Source: Alphaproteobacteria bacterium (lineage in GTDB: Bacteria; Pseudomonadota; Alphaproteobacteria; Bin95). Taken from it: a DNA stretch of 64,000 bases. Position numbers and translations under genes: made by a program. A model generated the notes under the pieces. That model did no database searches, had not been told where the DNA came from, and was given only the letters and a program-made list of their open reading frames with translations. Where the stretch lies: contig CAXXWS020000003.1 in NCBI GenBank assembly GCA_963665325.3, positions 640,001 through 704,000 on the forward strand. The letters run 5' to 3'. This document shows positions 37,915-49,549 of the stretch, piece after piece (the stretch's first letter is position 1; each line of letters starts with the position of its first letter).

Positions 37915-38691
37915 CTAACGGTCGAGAGCGAGTTCTGACATCGGGTAGCCGGCGCTGCGGGGAATGCGCAAGACCCGCCCGGCGGGCGTGGCCGCGATGC
38001 GCGTCATCACCGTCTCCACCGGCTCCGCCGCCGCGCGGCGCAGCGCGTCCTGCACATTGCGCGAACGCGCCAGCCTGGAAAGAATGGCGCGGGTCGGGAA
38101 CATGATCGGCCGGCTCCCTTCGGCGGCGTCGCGAAGCGCGGCCTCCGGGCGGATCCATAGCGAGTCCACAGACTCGGAGCCGTCATGGCTGCCATCCTGG
38201 CTCGGCGGCAGGGCGGCCAGATAGAAATGCACATCGAAGCGTCGCGCCGAGTTTTCGGGCGTGATCCAGTGTGCGCAATGGCAGAGTGCGGCCGTGTCGG
38301 CGACAAGGTCCTCGGCTTCGAGGAAGCTGGCGAACGACACACGGCCCGAATGCACCGCAACTCGCCAGCGCGCCTCGATCCGCGCCCCGTCCTCCGGTGC
38401 CAGCATGTTATCGGCTCGCAGTGCCAGCAGGACCCCGGTCTCCTCGAACGCCTCGCGCACGCCGGCAATACGGTGCGCTCTCGCCGCCTCGCCGAAGCGG
38501 CCTGTCGTCCGGACGGCTAGCGCAGGATCGGCATCTTCCGGATCGACCTTGCCGCCGGGAAAGACGAGCGCGCCGGAGGAAAAGTTGAGCTCCGGGCTGC
38601 GCAGCACCATGAAGACTTCGAGGCCGGCCGGGCCGTCGCGCAGGATCAGCACGCTGGCGGCGGGTTTCGGGATGGCCGGAGGACGCTCCAT
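37915..38691 (-). CDS. NUDIX hydrolase (Nudt19-like)
   Basis: VFPGGKVD...REAFEETG, WITP, RRFDVHFY and FPT motifs. Confidence 0.85.
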   Translation of the reverse strand: MERPPAIPKPAASVLILRDGPAGLEVFMVLRSPELNFSSGALVFPGGKVDPEDADPALAVRTTGRFGEAARAHRIAGVREAFEETGVLLALRADNMLAPEDGARIEARWRVAVHSGRVSFASFLEAEDLVADTAALCHCAHWITPENSARRFDVHFYLAALPPSQDGSHDGSESVDSLWIRPEAALRDAAEGSRPIMFPTRAILSRLARSRNVQDALRRAAAEPVETVMTRIAATPAGRVLRIPRSAGYPMSELALDR

Positions 38692-38757
38692 ATGCGCCCT
38701 TATAGCGGCGGCGGACCGGAAGGGCACGGGCAATCCGTCACGCCGGACCCTTCGGGA

Positions 38758-38816
38758 CTTGAAATCCGTACAGTTCCGGTACAGTTTCCAATCCGGAGCG
38801 AATGACTACGGATTGG
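38758..38816 (+). promoter_or_regulatory. suf promoter/operator region, putative Rrf2 binding sites
   Basis: Inverted repeat CCAATCCG-N13-CGGATTGG (38788-38816), preceded by a second AATCCG-initiated site with GTACAGTT twice at 11-bp spacing. Confidence 0.5.
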
Positions 38817-38820
38817 GGCG

Positions 38821-39257
38821 ATGCTGAGACTGAGCCGGATGAACGACTACGCCGTCGTCGTGCTGGGGCAGCTTGCGTCCCGGCCCGAACGGCCGCGTTC
38901 GGCGAGCGAAGTGGCGGAGGCGACCGGCCTCGCCGCCTCGACCGTGTCCCAGGTGCTGAAGGCGCTGGCCCATGCCGGGCTGGTCGCGTCGGTCCGGGGG
39001 GCGCATGGCGGCTATACGGCCGACCGGCCGGCGGAAGAGATTTCGGTCGCCGAGATCGTGCTGGCCGTGGACGGGCCGGTGGCGCTGACCGCCTGCGTGG
39101 ACGGCGGCGACTGCGCCATCGAGGCGACCTGCCTGCTGCGAGGCTCCTGGGACCGGATCAACAGCGCCGTCCGGGACGCGCTGGAAGCGGTGACCCTCGC
39201 CGACATGCTGGCGCCCATGCGCGACTTCTCGCGGTTCGAGCCCAGGGAGATGCGGCC

Positions 39258-39261
<4 letters not shown>
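38821..39261 (+). CDS. SUF system Fe-S cluster assembly regulator (Rrf2 family)
   Basis: [18 protein letters not shown] and three Cys (TAC...DC..EATC). Confidence 0.9.
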
Positions 39262-40711
<1,450 letters not shown>

Positions 40712-40712
<1 letters not shown>

Positions 40713-41461
40713 TGCTTGAAATCCGCGATCTCCACGCCTCGGTCGAAGGCCAGGCGATCCTGAACGGGGTCGATCTTTCGGTCGGCGCCGGCGAGGTGCA
40801 TGCCGTCATGGGGCCGAACGGCTCCGGCAAGAGCACGCTCTCCTATGTGCTGTCCGGCCGCGAGGGCTATGCGGTGGACCGGGGCGAGGTGCTTTACGAC
40901 GGCCGCGACCTGCTGGAACTGGAGCCGGAGGAGCGCGCGGTGGCGGGGCTGTTCCTCGCCTTCCAGTATCCAGTCGAGATTCCCGGCGTCGGCACGATGA
41001 CCTTCCTGCGCACGGCGCTGAATGCGGTGCGCCGCAGCCAGGGCGGGGACGAGCTCGACGCCATGCAGTTCCTGCGCGTCGTGCGCCAGAAGGCGCGGGC
41101 GCTCGGCATCGGCGACGACATGCTGAAACGCGCGCTGAATGTCGGCTTCTCCGGCGGCGAGAAGAAGCGCAACGAAATGCTGCAGCTTGCGGTGCTGGAG
41201 CCGCGCCTTGCGATCCTCGACGAGACCGACAGCGGCCTCGACATCGACGCGCTCAAGATCGTCGCGGAAGGCGTGAACGCGCTGCGCTCGCCGGACCGGG
41301 CGATGCTCATCATCACCCACTATCAGCGCCTGCTGGACCATATCGTGCCGGACCGGGTGCATGTGCTGGCGAAGGGCAGGATCCTCCGTTCGGGCGGCAG
41401 CGAACTCGCGCACGAACTGGAGGCGAAGGGCTACGCGGAAATCCTGAGCGAGGCGGCATGA
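40712..41461 (+). CDS. sufC: Fe-S cluster assembly ATPase SufC
   Basis: GPNGSGKST, FQYPVEIPGV, GFSGGEKKRNE and ITHYQRLL. Confidence 0.97.
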
Positions 41462-42663
41462 CGCTCGGCGTCGATACCTACCGGGAAGCGTTCGAGAGCA
41501 TTCGCGGCTCGCTCCCGGGCGAGCGCGAAACCGCCTTCGAGGCCTTCGCCGCGAAAGGCTTCCCGACCAACCGGGTAGAGGCGTGGAAATATACGAGCCT
41601 GCGCCCGCTCGCGCGCCAGCGCTTCGCGCCGGCCACGCCCGATAAGGAAGCTGAGGTTCCGCTGCTGGGCGAAGGGCCCCGTATCGTGCTGGTCAACGGT
41701 TTCCTCCGCGAAGACCTTTCGACCGTGCCCGTCGAACGCTGGGCCGGGCCCAACGGAGCGGCGGATGCGGAAGGCGAGCCGCTGGTCGCGCTCAACGCCG
41801 CCATGGCGGGCGACGGCTATGCGCTGACCGTCGGGGACGTCCGGGAAGAGCCCATCGAGATCGTCCACGCCACGGTCCCGGGCCCGACCGGCCCGGTGGC
41901 GCAGTCCCGCAACCGCATCGTTATCGCGTCCGGCGGTGCAGCGCATGTCATCGAGCGGCATATCGGGCTCGGCGCGGGCGCCTATTTCGTCAACGGCGTC
42001 ACCGAGGTCGAGGTGGCGGCCGGCGGGCGGCTCCGCCACACAAAGCTGCAGGACGAAGGGGCGGACGCCCATCATCTCTGGTTCATGCCCGCGCGGCTCG
42101 GCAGCGACGCGGTGCTGGAGAGCACGGTCTTCACCTTCGGCGCGCGGCTCTCGCGCAACCAGATCGAGGCGGACATCCTGGGTGAAGGCGCAGAACTCTC
42201 GCTCAAGGGCGCCTACGCCGTCTCCGGGCGGCAGCTTGCCGACCACACGAGCCGCATCGAGCACCGCGCGCCGGGCGCGACCAGCCGGCAGGTCTACAAG
42301 GGCGCCATCGGCGGGCAGGCCCGTGGCGTCTTCCAGGGCCATATCGTCGTCGCCGAGGGTGCGCAGAAGACGGACGGCCACCAACTCAACCGCGCTCTGC
42401 TGCTCTCCGGCCGGGCCGAGATCGACGCCAAGCCGGTACTCGAAATCTATGCCGACGACGTCCAGTGCAGCCATGGCGCTACGGCCGGCGACATCGACGG
42501 CGACGCCCTGTTCTACCTGCGCTCGCGCGGCATTCCCGCCGACGCCGCCCGCGGACTGCTGGTGCGCGCCTTCCTCGCGGAAATACTGGATGGGGTGCCG
42601 GAAGGCGCGCTGCGGTCTGCGGTCGAAGAACGAATAGACGGATTTCTGGAGGCCGGCGCATGA
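41458..42663 (+). CDS. sufD: Fe-S cluster assembly protein SufD
   Basis: EAWKYT, LEIYADDVQCSHGAT and FYLRSRGI. Confidence 0.95.
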   Translation: MTLGVDTYREAFESIRGSLPGERETAFEAFAAKGFPTNRVEAWKYTSLRPLARQRFAPATPDKEAEVPLLGEGPRIVLVNGFLREDLSTVPVERWAGPNGAADAEGEPLVALNAAMAGDGYALTVGDVREEPIEIVHATVPGPTGPVAQSRNRIVIASGGAAHVIERHIGLGAGAYFVNGVTEVEVAAGGRLRHTKLQDEGADAHHLWFMPARLGSDAVLESTVFTFGARLSRNQIEADILGEGAELSLKGAYAVSGRQLADHTSRIEHRAPGATSRQVYKGAIGGQARGVFQGHIVVAEGAQKTDGHQLNRALLLSGRAEIDAKPVLEIYADDVQCSHGATAGDIDGDALFYLRSRGIPADAARGLLVRAFLAEILDGVPEGALRSAVEERIDGFLEAGA

Positions 42664-43913
42664 GCCCGGACAGCACCCCTGCCTTGAGGCCGAACTACGA
42701 TGTGCTGGCGATCCGCCGGGACTTCCAGATCCTCGCGCGCGAGGTGTTCGGCAAGCCGCTGGTCTATCTGGACACGGGCGCGAGCGCCCAGAAGCCGCGC
42801 CAGGTCATCCGCGCCATGACGCAGGTGATGGAAGAGACCTATTCCAACGTCCATCGTGGCGTGCATTTTCTCTCCCAGGCCTGCACGGACCAATTCGAGG
42901 CGGCGCGGGAGACGGTGGCGCGGTTCATCAACGCGCCGGAAGCCGACGAGATCGTCTGGACGCGCGGCGCCACGGAAGCCCTCAACCTTGTCGCGGCCAC
43001 CTGGGGCCGGGCGAATATCGGGCCGGGCGACCGCATCGTCATCTCGACCCTTGAGCACCACTCCAACATCGTGCCCTGGCAATTGCTGCGCGACGAGACG
43101 GGCGCGGAACTCGCGGTCATCCCCGTGGACGATGCGGGCGAGATCGATCTCGACGCCTATGCCGGCCTGCTGGACGGCCGGACGAAGCTCGTATCGGTCA
43201 CCCATGTCTCCAACTCCATCGGCACGGTGCTGCCGATCAAGCAGATGGCGCAGATGGCGCACGACAAGGGTGCGCTGTTCATGGTGGACGGCTGCCAGGC
43301 GGCGCCGCACATGCCCGTCGATGTGCAGGACCTCGACGTCGATTTCTACTGCTTCTCCGGACACAAGACCTACGGGCCGACCGGCATCGGCGCGCTCTGG
43401 GGCCGCAAGACGCTGCTCGACGCCATGCCCCCCTATCAGGGCGGCGGCGAGATGATCGCGCATGTCACTTTCGAGAAAAGCACCTTCAAGGATGCCCCGC
43501 ACAAATTCGAGGCCGGCACGCCCGCCATCGTCGAGGCGGTGGGGCTGGGCGCGGCGCTCGATTATATCGAGGCCATCGGGCGCGACGCGATCCTGGCGCA
43601 CGAAACGGACGTCGCCGAATATGCCCGCGAGCGGCTGGCCGCGGCGCCGGGCGTGCGAATCGTCGGCGATGCGCGGGAGCGGGGCGCCATCGTCTCCTTC
43701 ACCATGGAGCAGGCGCATCCACACGACATCGGCACGATCATCGACCGGGCGGGCGTTGCGGTGCGCGCGGGCCATCATTGCGCCTTCCCCGTCATGGAGC
43801 GCTTCGATGTCGGGGCGACGGCGCGGGCGTCCTTCGGCCTTTACAACATGAAGAGCGAGGTGGACCGGCTGATCGAGGCGCTGGACGAGGTCGCGGAGAT
43901 CTTCGGGCGATGA
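42660..43913 (+). CDS. sufS: Cysteine desulfurase SufS
   Basis: YLDTGASAQKP, FSGHK (PLP Lys) and RAGHHCA. Confidence 0.96.
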   Translation: MSPDSTPALRPNYDVLAIRRDFQILAREVFGKPLVYLDTGASAQKPRQVIRAMTQVMEETYSNVHRGVHFLSQACTDQFEAARETVARFINAPEADEIVWTRGATEALNLVAATWGRANIGPGDRIVISTLEHHSNIVPWQLLRDETGAELAVIPVDDAGEIDLDAYAGLLDGRTKLVSVTHVSNSIGTVLPIKQMAQMAHDKGALFMVDGCQAAPHMPVDVQDLDVDFYCFSGHKTYGPTGIGALWGRKTLLDAMPPYQGGGEMIAHVTFEKSTFKDAPHKFEAGTPAIVEAVGLGAALDYIEAIGRDAILAHETDVAEYARERLAAAPGVRIVGDARERGAIVSFTMEQAHPHDIGTIIDRAGVAVRAGHHCAFPVMERFDVGATARASFGLYNMKSEVDRLIEALDEVAEIFGR

Positions 43914-44377
43914 ACGAACTGCGCGAGCTTTACCAGGAGGTCATCCTCGACCACGGCCGCAATCCTCGCAATTTCCGCCGCATCGAGGACGCCGACGGCG
44001 AGGCCAGGGGCGACAACCCGCTCTGCGGCGACCGGGTGCATGTCTTCGTCAAGCTGGACGGAACGGGCGGGCTCGGCGACGTGGCCTTCCAGGGCCGCGG
44101 CTGCGCGATCTCGACGGCGTCGGCCTCGATGATGACCGAACTGCTGAAGGGGCGGAGCGAGGCGGAGGCCCGCCGGCTGTTCGAAGTGTTCCACGCCGTC
44201 TGCACGGACGAGGCGTTCGACCCGCTGGACGTGCCGGCGGAGTTCGAGGACGAGGCGGACCGGCTTCAGGTCATGGCGGGTGTGCGCCAGTTCCCGATGC
44301 GGGTAAAATGCGCGACGCTGCCGTGGCATACTTTCACGGCTGCGCTCGACGGCAAGCAGTCGGCGACAACGGAGTAG
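43910..44377 (+). CDS. sufU: SUF system NifU-family protein SufU
   Basis: LYQEVILDH, NPLCGD, GCAIS and RVKCATL. Confidence 0.93.
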   Translation: MNELRELYQEVILDHGRNPRNFRRIEDADGEARGDNPLCGDRVHVFVKLDGTGGLGDVAFQGRGCAISTASASMMTELLKGRSEAEARRLFEVFHAVCTDEAFDPLDVPAEFEDEADRLQVMAGVRQFPMRVKCATLPWHTFTAALDGKQSATTE

Positions 44378-44394
44378 GCGGGGACAGGGCGACA

Positions 44395-44793
44395 ATGCAA
44401 GGGACCATGCCCTTCGAACAGTGGATGGGCGGCGAGCCGCTGCAGGAGTTCCGCGCCGAGGCGGGAGCGCCGCTGGAGCCTGGCTCGTCCATTGCGCCGC
44501 GCGAGAACCTCGTCGCAGCGCTCAAGACCGTGTACGATCCCGAGATTCCGGTGGACATTTACGAACTCGGCCTCATTTACGACCTTGAGCAGTCCGAGGA
44601 CGGGTCGGTGCGGGTCGAGATGAGCCTGACCGCGCCCGGCTGCCCGGTCGCCGGCGAGATGCCCGGTATGGTGGCGGACGCCGTGGCGGGCGTGCAGGGC
44701 GTCGGCGAAGTAGAGGTGCGGTTGGTGTGGGAGCCGGCATGGACCATGGAGCGCATGAGCGAAGAAGCCCGCCTCGCGCTCGACATGTGGTGA
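44395..44793 (+). CDS. sufT: SufT/DUF59 Fe-S assembly protein
   Basis: DPEIPVDIYELGLIY, LTAPGCPVA and WEPAW. Confidence 0.9.
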   Translation: MQGTMPFEQWMGGEPLQEFRAEAGAPLEPGSSIAPRENLVAALKTVYDPEIPVDIYELGLIYDLEQSEDGSVRVEMSLTAPGCPVAGEMPGMVADAVAGVQGVGEVEVRLVWEPAWTMERMSEEARLALDMW

Positions 44794-44809
44794 GGACAGG
44801 GAGGCCGAT

Positions 44810-45145
44810 ATGCCCGAGCCGATGATCCGGATGACGGACGCCGCCGCCGAGCGGGTGCGCCATCTCATGTCGCTTTCCGAAGAGCCCGCCGTCGGCCTGC
44901 GCGTCGGCGTGCGCACGCGCGGCTGCTCCGGCCTGTCCTACTCCGTCGAATATGCGCAAGAGCGCAAGCCCTACGAGGAGGCCATCGAGACGGGCGGCGT
45001 GACCGTCCTGATCGACCCGACCGCAGTCATGTTCCTGATCGGCTCGGTGATGGACTACAAGGAAGGCATGTTCGAATCCGGTTTCACCTTCGAGAACCCC
45101 AACGCCAAGGGCACCTGCGGCTGCGGCGAAAGCTTTCACGTCTGA
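44810..45145 (+). CDS. sufA: A-type Fe-S carrier (SufA/IscA)
   Basis: GCSGLSY and CGCGESF. Confidence 0.92.
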   Translation: MPEPMIRMTDAAAERVRHLMSLSEEPAVGLRVGVRTRGCSGLSYSVEYAQERKPYEEAIETGGVTVLIDPTAVMFLIGSVMDYKEGMFESGFTFENPNAKGTCGCGESFHV

Positions 45146-45259
45146 CAGAACGCGAACAAGCGGGAGCCCTCTGCCGACGGCTTGCCGCCGGGACTTGAAC
45201 CGAACGGTCGCCGGAACGATATTGGCGGCTGGTACCGACAACGCTAACGGGGACCGCAA

Positions 45260-46021
45260 ATGGCCTTCGACAATCTGAGGACGACGGCGCGCGCCGGCGC
45301 CCGCACGACCGCCCGCACGACGGAACTCGATGCCGGTCTGCGCAAGCATATGCTCGGCATCTACAACTACATGGCTTCGGGCGTGCTGCTCACGGGCATC
45401 GTCGCCTATCTGGTGTTCACCATGGCCGTGGTGCAGGGGCCGGGCGGCCAGATGGCGCTGACCCAGTTCGGGCAGGCGATCTACCTCTCGCCGCTCAAAT
45501 GGGTGCTGATGCTCTCGCCGCTGGCCTTCATCCTGGTGTTGAGCTTTGGCCTCCAGCGTTTGAGCGCGACCGCGACCCAGGGCCTTTTCTGGGCGTTCTG
45601 CGCGCTCATGGGTGCGAGCATCAGCTCGATCTTCCTGGCCTATACGGGCGTCAGCATCGCGCGGGTGTTCTTCATCACCGCGGCCGCCTTCGCGGGCCTC
45701 AGCCTCTACGGCTACACGACGAAGCGCGACCTGTCGGGGATGCGCTCCTTCCTGGTGATGGGGCTGATCGGCATCATCATCGCGTCGCTCGTCAACATCT
45801 TCCTCGCCTCGAGCGCGCTCCAGTTCGCCGTGTCGGTGATCGGCGTGTTGGTCTTCGCAGGCTTCACCGCCTACGACACGCAGCGCATCAAGAGCGAGTA
45901 CTATCACGGCTACGACGCCGCCACGATGGCCAAGAAGTCGGTGATGGACGCGCTGTCGCTCTATCTGAGCTTCATCAACATGTTCCTGCTGCTGCTGCAC
46001 CTGTTCGGCAGCAGGGAGTAG
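45260..46021 (+). CDS. Bax inhibitor-1/YccA family membrane protein
   Basis: DAGLRKHML.IYNYM, YGYTTKRDLS, TAYDTQ and LYLSFINMF; about 7 TM segments. Confidence 0.92.
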   Translation: MAFDNLRTTARAGARTTARTTELDAGLRKHMLGIYNYMASGVLLTGIVAYLVFTMAVVQGPGGQMALTQFGQAIYLSPLKWVLMLSPLAFILVLSFGLQRLSATATQGLFWAFCALMGASISSIFLAYTGVSIARVFFITAAAFAGLSLYGYTTKRDLSGMRSFLVMGLIGIIIASLVNIFLASSALQFAVSVIGVLVFAGFTAYDTQRIKSEYYHGYDAATMAKKSVMDALSLYLSFINMFLLLLHLFGSRE

Positions 46022-46022
46022 A

Positions 46023-46331
46023 TCAGAGGCCGACTCTCACCGTTCCCGCGTCGTCGATCACCGGGCGCTTCACCAGGGCCGGATGCGCCAGCATCAGGCC
46101 CTGCGCCCGGCCGGCGTCGAGCCCCGCCTTCTCGGCGTCGTCGAGTGCCCGCCAGGTCGTGCTGCGCCGGTTGAGCAGCGCCTCCCAGCCGAGCGCGCCG
46201 ATCCAGCGGTCCAGCATGGCGGCGTCCAGCCCGTCCTCGCGCAGGTCGTGGAACCGGTGCTCGCGGTCCGCCAGCGCCTTCCGCGCCTTGCGGCAGGCAT
46301 CGCAGTTCTTCAGGCCATAGACGGTCAGCAT
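46023..46331 (-). CDS. ArsC/Spx (YffB-like) family protein
   Basis: YGLKNCDACRKA, LLNRRSTTWR and LVKRPVI. Confidence 0.9.
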   Translation of the reverse strand: MLTVYGLKNCDACRKARKALADREHRFHDLREDGLDAAMLDRWIGALGWEALLNRRSTTWRALDDAEKAGLDAGRAQGLMLAHPALVKRPVIDDAGTVRVGL

Positions 46332-46440
46332 GAGGCGCCTCTCCTGTACGGACGGATTTGCGATAGTCGCACGGGCTTTCCCGGATCGGAAGCGGCGGAA
46401 GGGCCCCTGAATATGCCCATCAGCGCCGAGGAGACCGCCC

Positions 46441-47322
46441 ATGCAGGGTCCTGAAAGCCACTCCTATTTCTCCCAGCGCCTGCGCTTGCACTATGTCGAT
46501 TGGGGCAATCCGGACGCGCCGCCGCTGTTGCTGATCCACGGCGGACGGGACCATTGCCGCAATTGGGACTGGGTGGCCGAGGCGCTCCGGAACGACTACC
46601 GCATCGTCGCCCCGGACCTGCGCGGCCACGGCGACAGTTCCTGGTTCGTCGGCGGCGCCTACGCGATGGCGGATTATGTCTATGACATCGCGCAGCTCGT
46701 CCATCAGAAACAGCTCGCCCCGGTCACCGTCATCGGCCACTCGCTCGGCGGCTCCGTCGCGCTCCACTATGCCGGCGTCTATCCGGAGACGGTGAAGGCG
46801 CTGGTCGCCATAGAAGGGCTCGGGGCCTCGCCCGCGCAGATCGAGGCCCGCAACGCCCGTCCCATCGACGACCGGCTGCGGGAGTGGATCGACACGCAGC
46901 GCGGCCTCTCCGGCCGGCTGCCGCGCCGCTACGACTCGCTGGAAGACGCCTACAGGCGGATGCAGGAGGCCAATCCCCACCTGACCGAGGCCCAGGCGCG
47001 GCACCTCACCGTCCACGGGGCGAACCAGAACGAGGACGGCACCTATAGCTGGAAGTTCGACAATTACAGCCGCGCCGACCGCCCCGTCGGCATCTATCCG
47101 GAGGAGAGCTTCCGACTCTGGTCGCGGATAAGCTGCCCGACGCTTCTTGTGCGCGGCCTCGAAAGTTGGGTCGGCAACCCGGAGGAGGACGGGCGCGCCG
47201 CCCATTTCCGCGATGCCCGCTTCGTCGATGTCGCCGGCGCCGGCCACTGGGTGCATCACGACCGGCTGGAGCATTTCCTTGGCCTTGTGCGCGGCTTCCT
47301 TGCGGAGGCGGAGGCGGCCTGA
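46441..47322 (+). CDS. Alpha/beta hydrolase
   Basis: IHGGRD, DLRGHGDS, GHSLGG and GHWVHH. Confidence 0.9.
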   Translation: MQGPESHSYFSQRLRLHYVDWGNPDAPPLLLIHGGRDHCRNWDWVAEALRNDYRIVAPDLRGHGDSSWFVGGAYAMADYVYDIAQLVHQKQLAPVTVIGHSLGGSVALHYAGVYPETVKALVAIEGLGASPAQIEARNARPIDDRLREWIDTQRGLSGRLPRRYDSLEDAYRRMQEANPHLTEAQARHLTVHGANQNEDGTYSWKFDNYSRADRPVGIYPEESFRLWSRISCPTLLVRGLESWVGNPEEDGRAAHFRDARFVDVAGAGHWVHHDRLEHFLGLVRGFLAEAEAA

Positions 47323-47344
47323 CGAATCGTGATAGCCTGACCCC

Positions 47345-49531
47345 ATGGACGACGCCCTGCCTGCTGTTTCTGCCGTCGAGCCGGCCTGGCTCGCCGGTCT
47401 GAATCCGCCGCAGCGCGAGGCGGTCGAGACGCTGGAGGGGCCGCTGCTGGTGCTCTCCGGCGCGGGCACCGGCAAGACGCGGGTGCTGACCGCGAGGCTG
47501 GCCCAGCTGCTGTCCGAGCGTCGGGCATGGCCCAGCCAGATTCTCGCCGTCACCTTCACCAACCGGGCGGCGCGGGAAATGCGCGAGCGGGTGGACGCGC
47601 TGATCGGCGGGATGAGCGAGGGTCTTTGGCTCGGCACCTTCCACGCGCTCGGCCTGCGTATATTGCGCCGCCATCCTGAGCTGGTGGGCCTCAGGCCGTC
47701 CTTCTCGATCCTTGACCCGGACGACCAGGAACGGCTCCTCAAGCAGGTGCTGGCGGACGCGAATGTGGATGCGAAGCACTGGCCGGCGCGCCAGCTTTCA
47801 ACCATCGTCCAGCGCTGGAAGGACAAGGGGTGGCGCCCGGACCAGGTGCCGGCCCACGAGGCGGGCAGCTTCGCCAACGGCCGCGCGCCGGCGCTCTACG
47901 AGGCCTACCAGGAGCGGCTCGAACAGCTCAACGCCGTCGATTTCGGCGACCTTCTGCTCCACAACCTGACGATCTTCCAGCGCGACGCGGAGGTGCTGGC
48001 GCAATATCAGGAACGGTTCCGCTACATCCTTGTGGACGAATACCAGGACACCAATGTCGCCCAGTATCTCTGGCTCCGCCTGCTCGCCCAGCGCCGCCGC
48101 AATATCTGCTGCGTCGGCGACGACGACCAGTCGATCTATGGCTGGCGCGGGGCGGAGGTCGGCAACATCCTGCGCTTCGAGAACGACTTCGAGGGCGCCA
48201 GGATCGTCCGGCTGGAACAGAATTACCGCTCGACCGGCGACATTCTGGGCGCCGCCTCCGGGCTGATCGCCAATAATCGCGGCCGGCTCGGCAAGACGCT
48301 CTGGACGACCCGCGAGGACACCCGCCCGATCACCGTCCACACCGTTCCCGACGGGGAAGCGGAGGCGCGGCTTGTCGGCGGGGAAATCGAGGCGCTGCAA
48401 CGCGCCGGGACCGGCCTCGGACAGATGGCGGTGCTGGTGCGCGCGTCCTTCCAGATGCGCGCCTTCGAGGAGCGCTTCGTCGCGCTCGGGCTGAATTACC
48501 GGGTCATCGGCGGCCCGCGCTTCTACGAGCGCCGCGAGGTGAGGGACGCCGTCGCCTATCTGCGCGCCGTCCTGTTCCCCGAGGACGACCTTGCCTTCGA
48601 GCGGATCGTCAACCTGCCGAAACGCGGCATCGGCGACGCCACCCTGCAGCCGGTGCATCGGCTCGCCCGCGCCGAGCGGATTCCGCTTTCCGAAGCCGCC
48701 CGCCGGGTGGTCGAGACGGAAGAGTTGAAGGTCCGCGCGCGTAATATGCTGGCAGGCTTCTGCCGCGCCATCGACGGCTGGCGCGCCCGGCTCGGCAGCG
48801 AGCCCCATGCAGACCTTGCGGACGCGATTCTCGAAGAGAGCGGCTACCGCGAGATGTGGCGGAAGGACAAGGGGCTCGACGCGCCCGGCCGGCTGGAGAA
48901 TCTGGGCGAGCTCGTGCAGCAGATTGCCCGGTTCGACGCCCTCGAGGAGTTTCTGGACCATGTCTCCCTGGTGATGGAGGCCGAGGGCGGCAGCGAGGCC
49001 GAAAGCGTCTCGCTGATGACGCTGCACGGCGCCAAGGGGCTCGAATTCGACATCGTGTTCCTGCCCGGATGGGAGGAAGGCCTGTTCCCGCACCAGCGCG
49101 CCATGGACGAGAACGGTCTTGCCGGGCTGGAGGAGGAGCGCCGCCTCGCCTATGTCGGCATCACCCGCGCCCGCCGGCATGTCACCATCACCTCCGCCAT
49201 GAGCCGCATGGTCATGGGGCGGTGGCTCAGCCCCCTGCCGTCCCGCTTCATCGACGAGTTGCCGGACGAGCATGTGGAGCGGCAAACGGATACCGGTTTC
49301 GGCGAGGCCCCCGCCTGGCGCTACGGCGCGGGCACCGGGCGCGTGATCGATGCGCCTGCCTGGGAAGTCGCCCCCCGCCCGGATCGCACCGGCCAATTCG
49401 AGGTCGGCCAGCGTGTATTCCATAACAAATTCGGCTACGGGGCCGTGCGCGCCATCGACCGCGAAAAGCTGACCGTCGCCTTCGAGACCGGCGACAAGAA
49501 AGTGGTTGGCAGCTTCGTAGAGCCCGCCTGA
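47345..49531 (+). CDS. uvrD: ATP-dependent DNA helicase UvrD/PcrA
   Basis: GAGTGKT, VDEYQDTN, VGDDDQSIY, NYRS, HGAKGLEF and EERRLAYVGITRA. Confidence 0.96.
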   Translation: MDDALPAVSAVEPAWLAGLNPPQREAVETLEGPLLVLSGAGTGKTRVLTARLAQLLSERRAWPSQILAVTFTNRAAREMRERVDALIGGMSEGLWLGTFHALGLRILRRHPELVGLRPSFSILDPDDQERLLKQVLADANVDAKHWPARQLSTIVQRWKDKGWRPDQVPAHEAGSFANGRAPALYEAYQERLEQLNAVDFGDLLLHNLTIFQRDAEVLAQYQERFRYILVDEYQDTNVAQYLWLRLLAQRRRNICCVGDDDQSIYGWRGAEVGNILRFENDFEGARIVRLEQNYRSTGDILGAASGLIANNRGRLGKTLWTTREDTRPITVHTVPDGEAEARLVGGEIEALQRAGTGLGQMAVLVRASFQMRAFEERFVALGLNYRVIGGPRFYERREVRDAVAYLRAVLFPEDDLAFERIVNLPKRGIGDATLQPVHRLARAERIPLSEAARRVVETEELKVRARNMLAGFCRAIDGWRARLGSEPHADLADAILEESGYREMWRKDKGLDAPGRLENLGELVQQIARFDALEEFLDHVSLVMEAEGGSEAESVSLMTLHGAKGLEFDIVFLPGWEEGLFPHQRAMDENGLAGLEEERRLAYVGITRARRHVTITSAMSRMVMGRWLSPLPSRFIDELPDEHVERQTDTGFGEAPAWRYGAGTGRVIDAPAWEVAPRPDRTGQFEVGQRVFHNKFGYGAVRAIDREKLTVAFETGDKKVVGSFVEPA

Positions 49532-49549
49532 GCGAGGACAACAACGCCG

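Noticed and set aside
45194-45222. RpoH-type promoter (CTTGAA-N16-ACGATAT) before the BI-1/YccA gene
   Set aside because: Plausible, but the -10 match is weak and it is not distinguishable from a sigma70 promoter by sequence alone.
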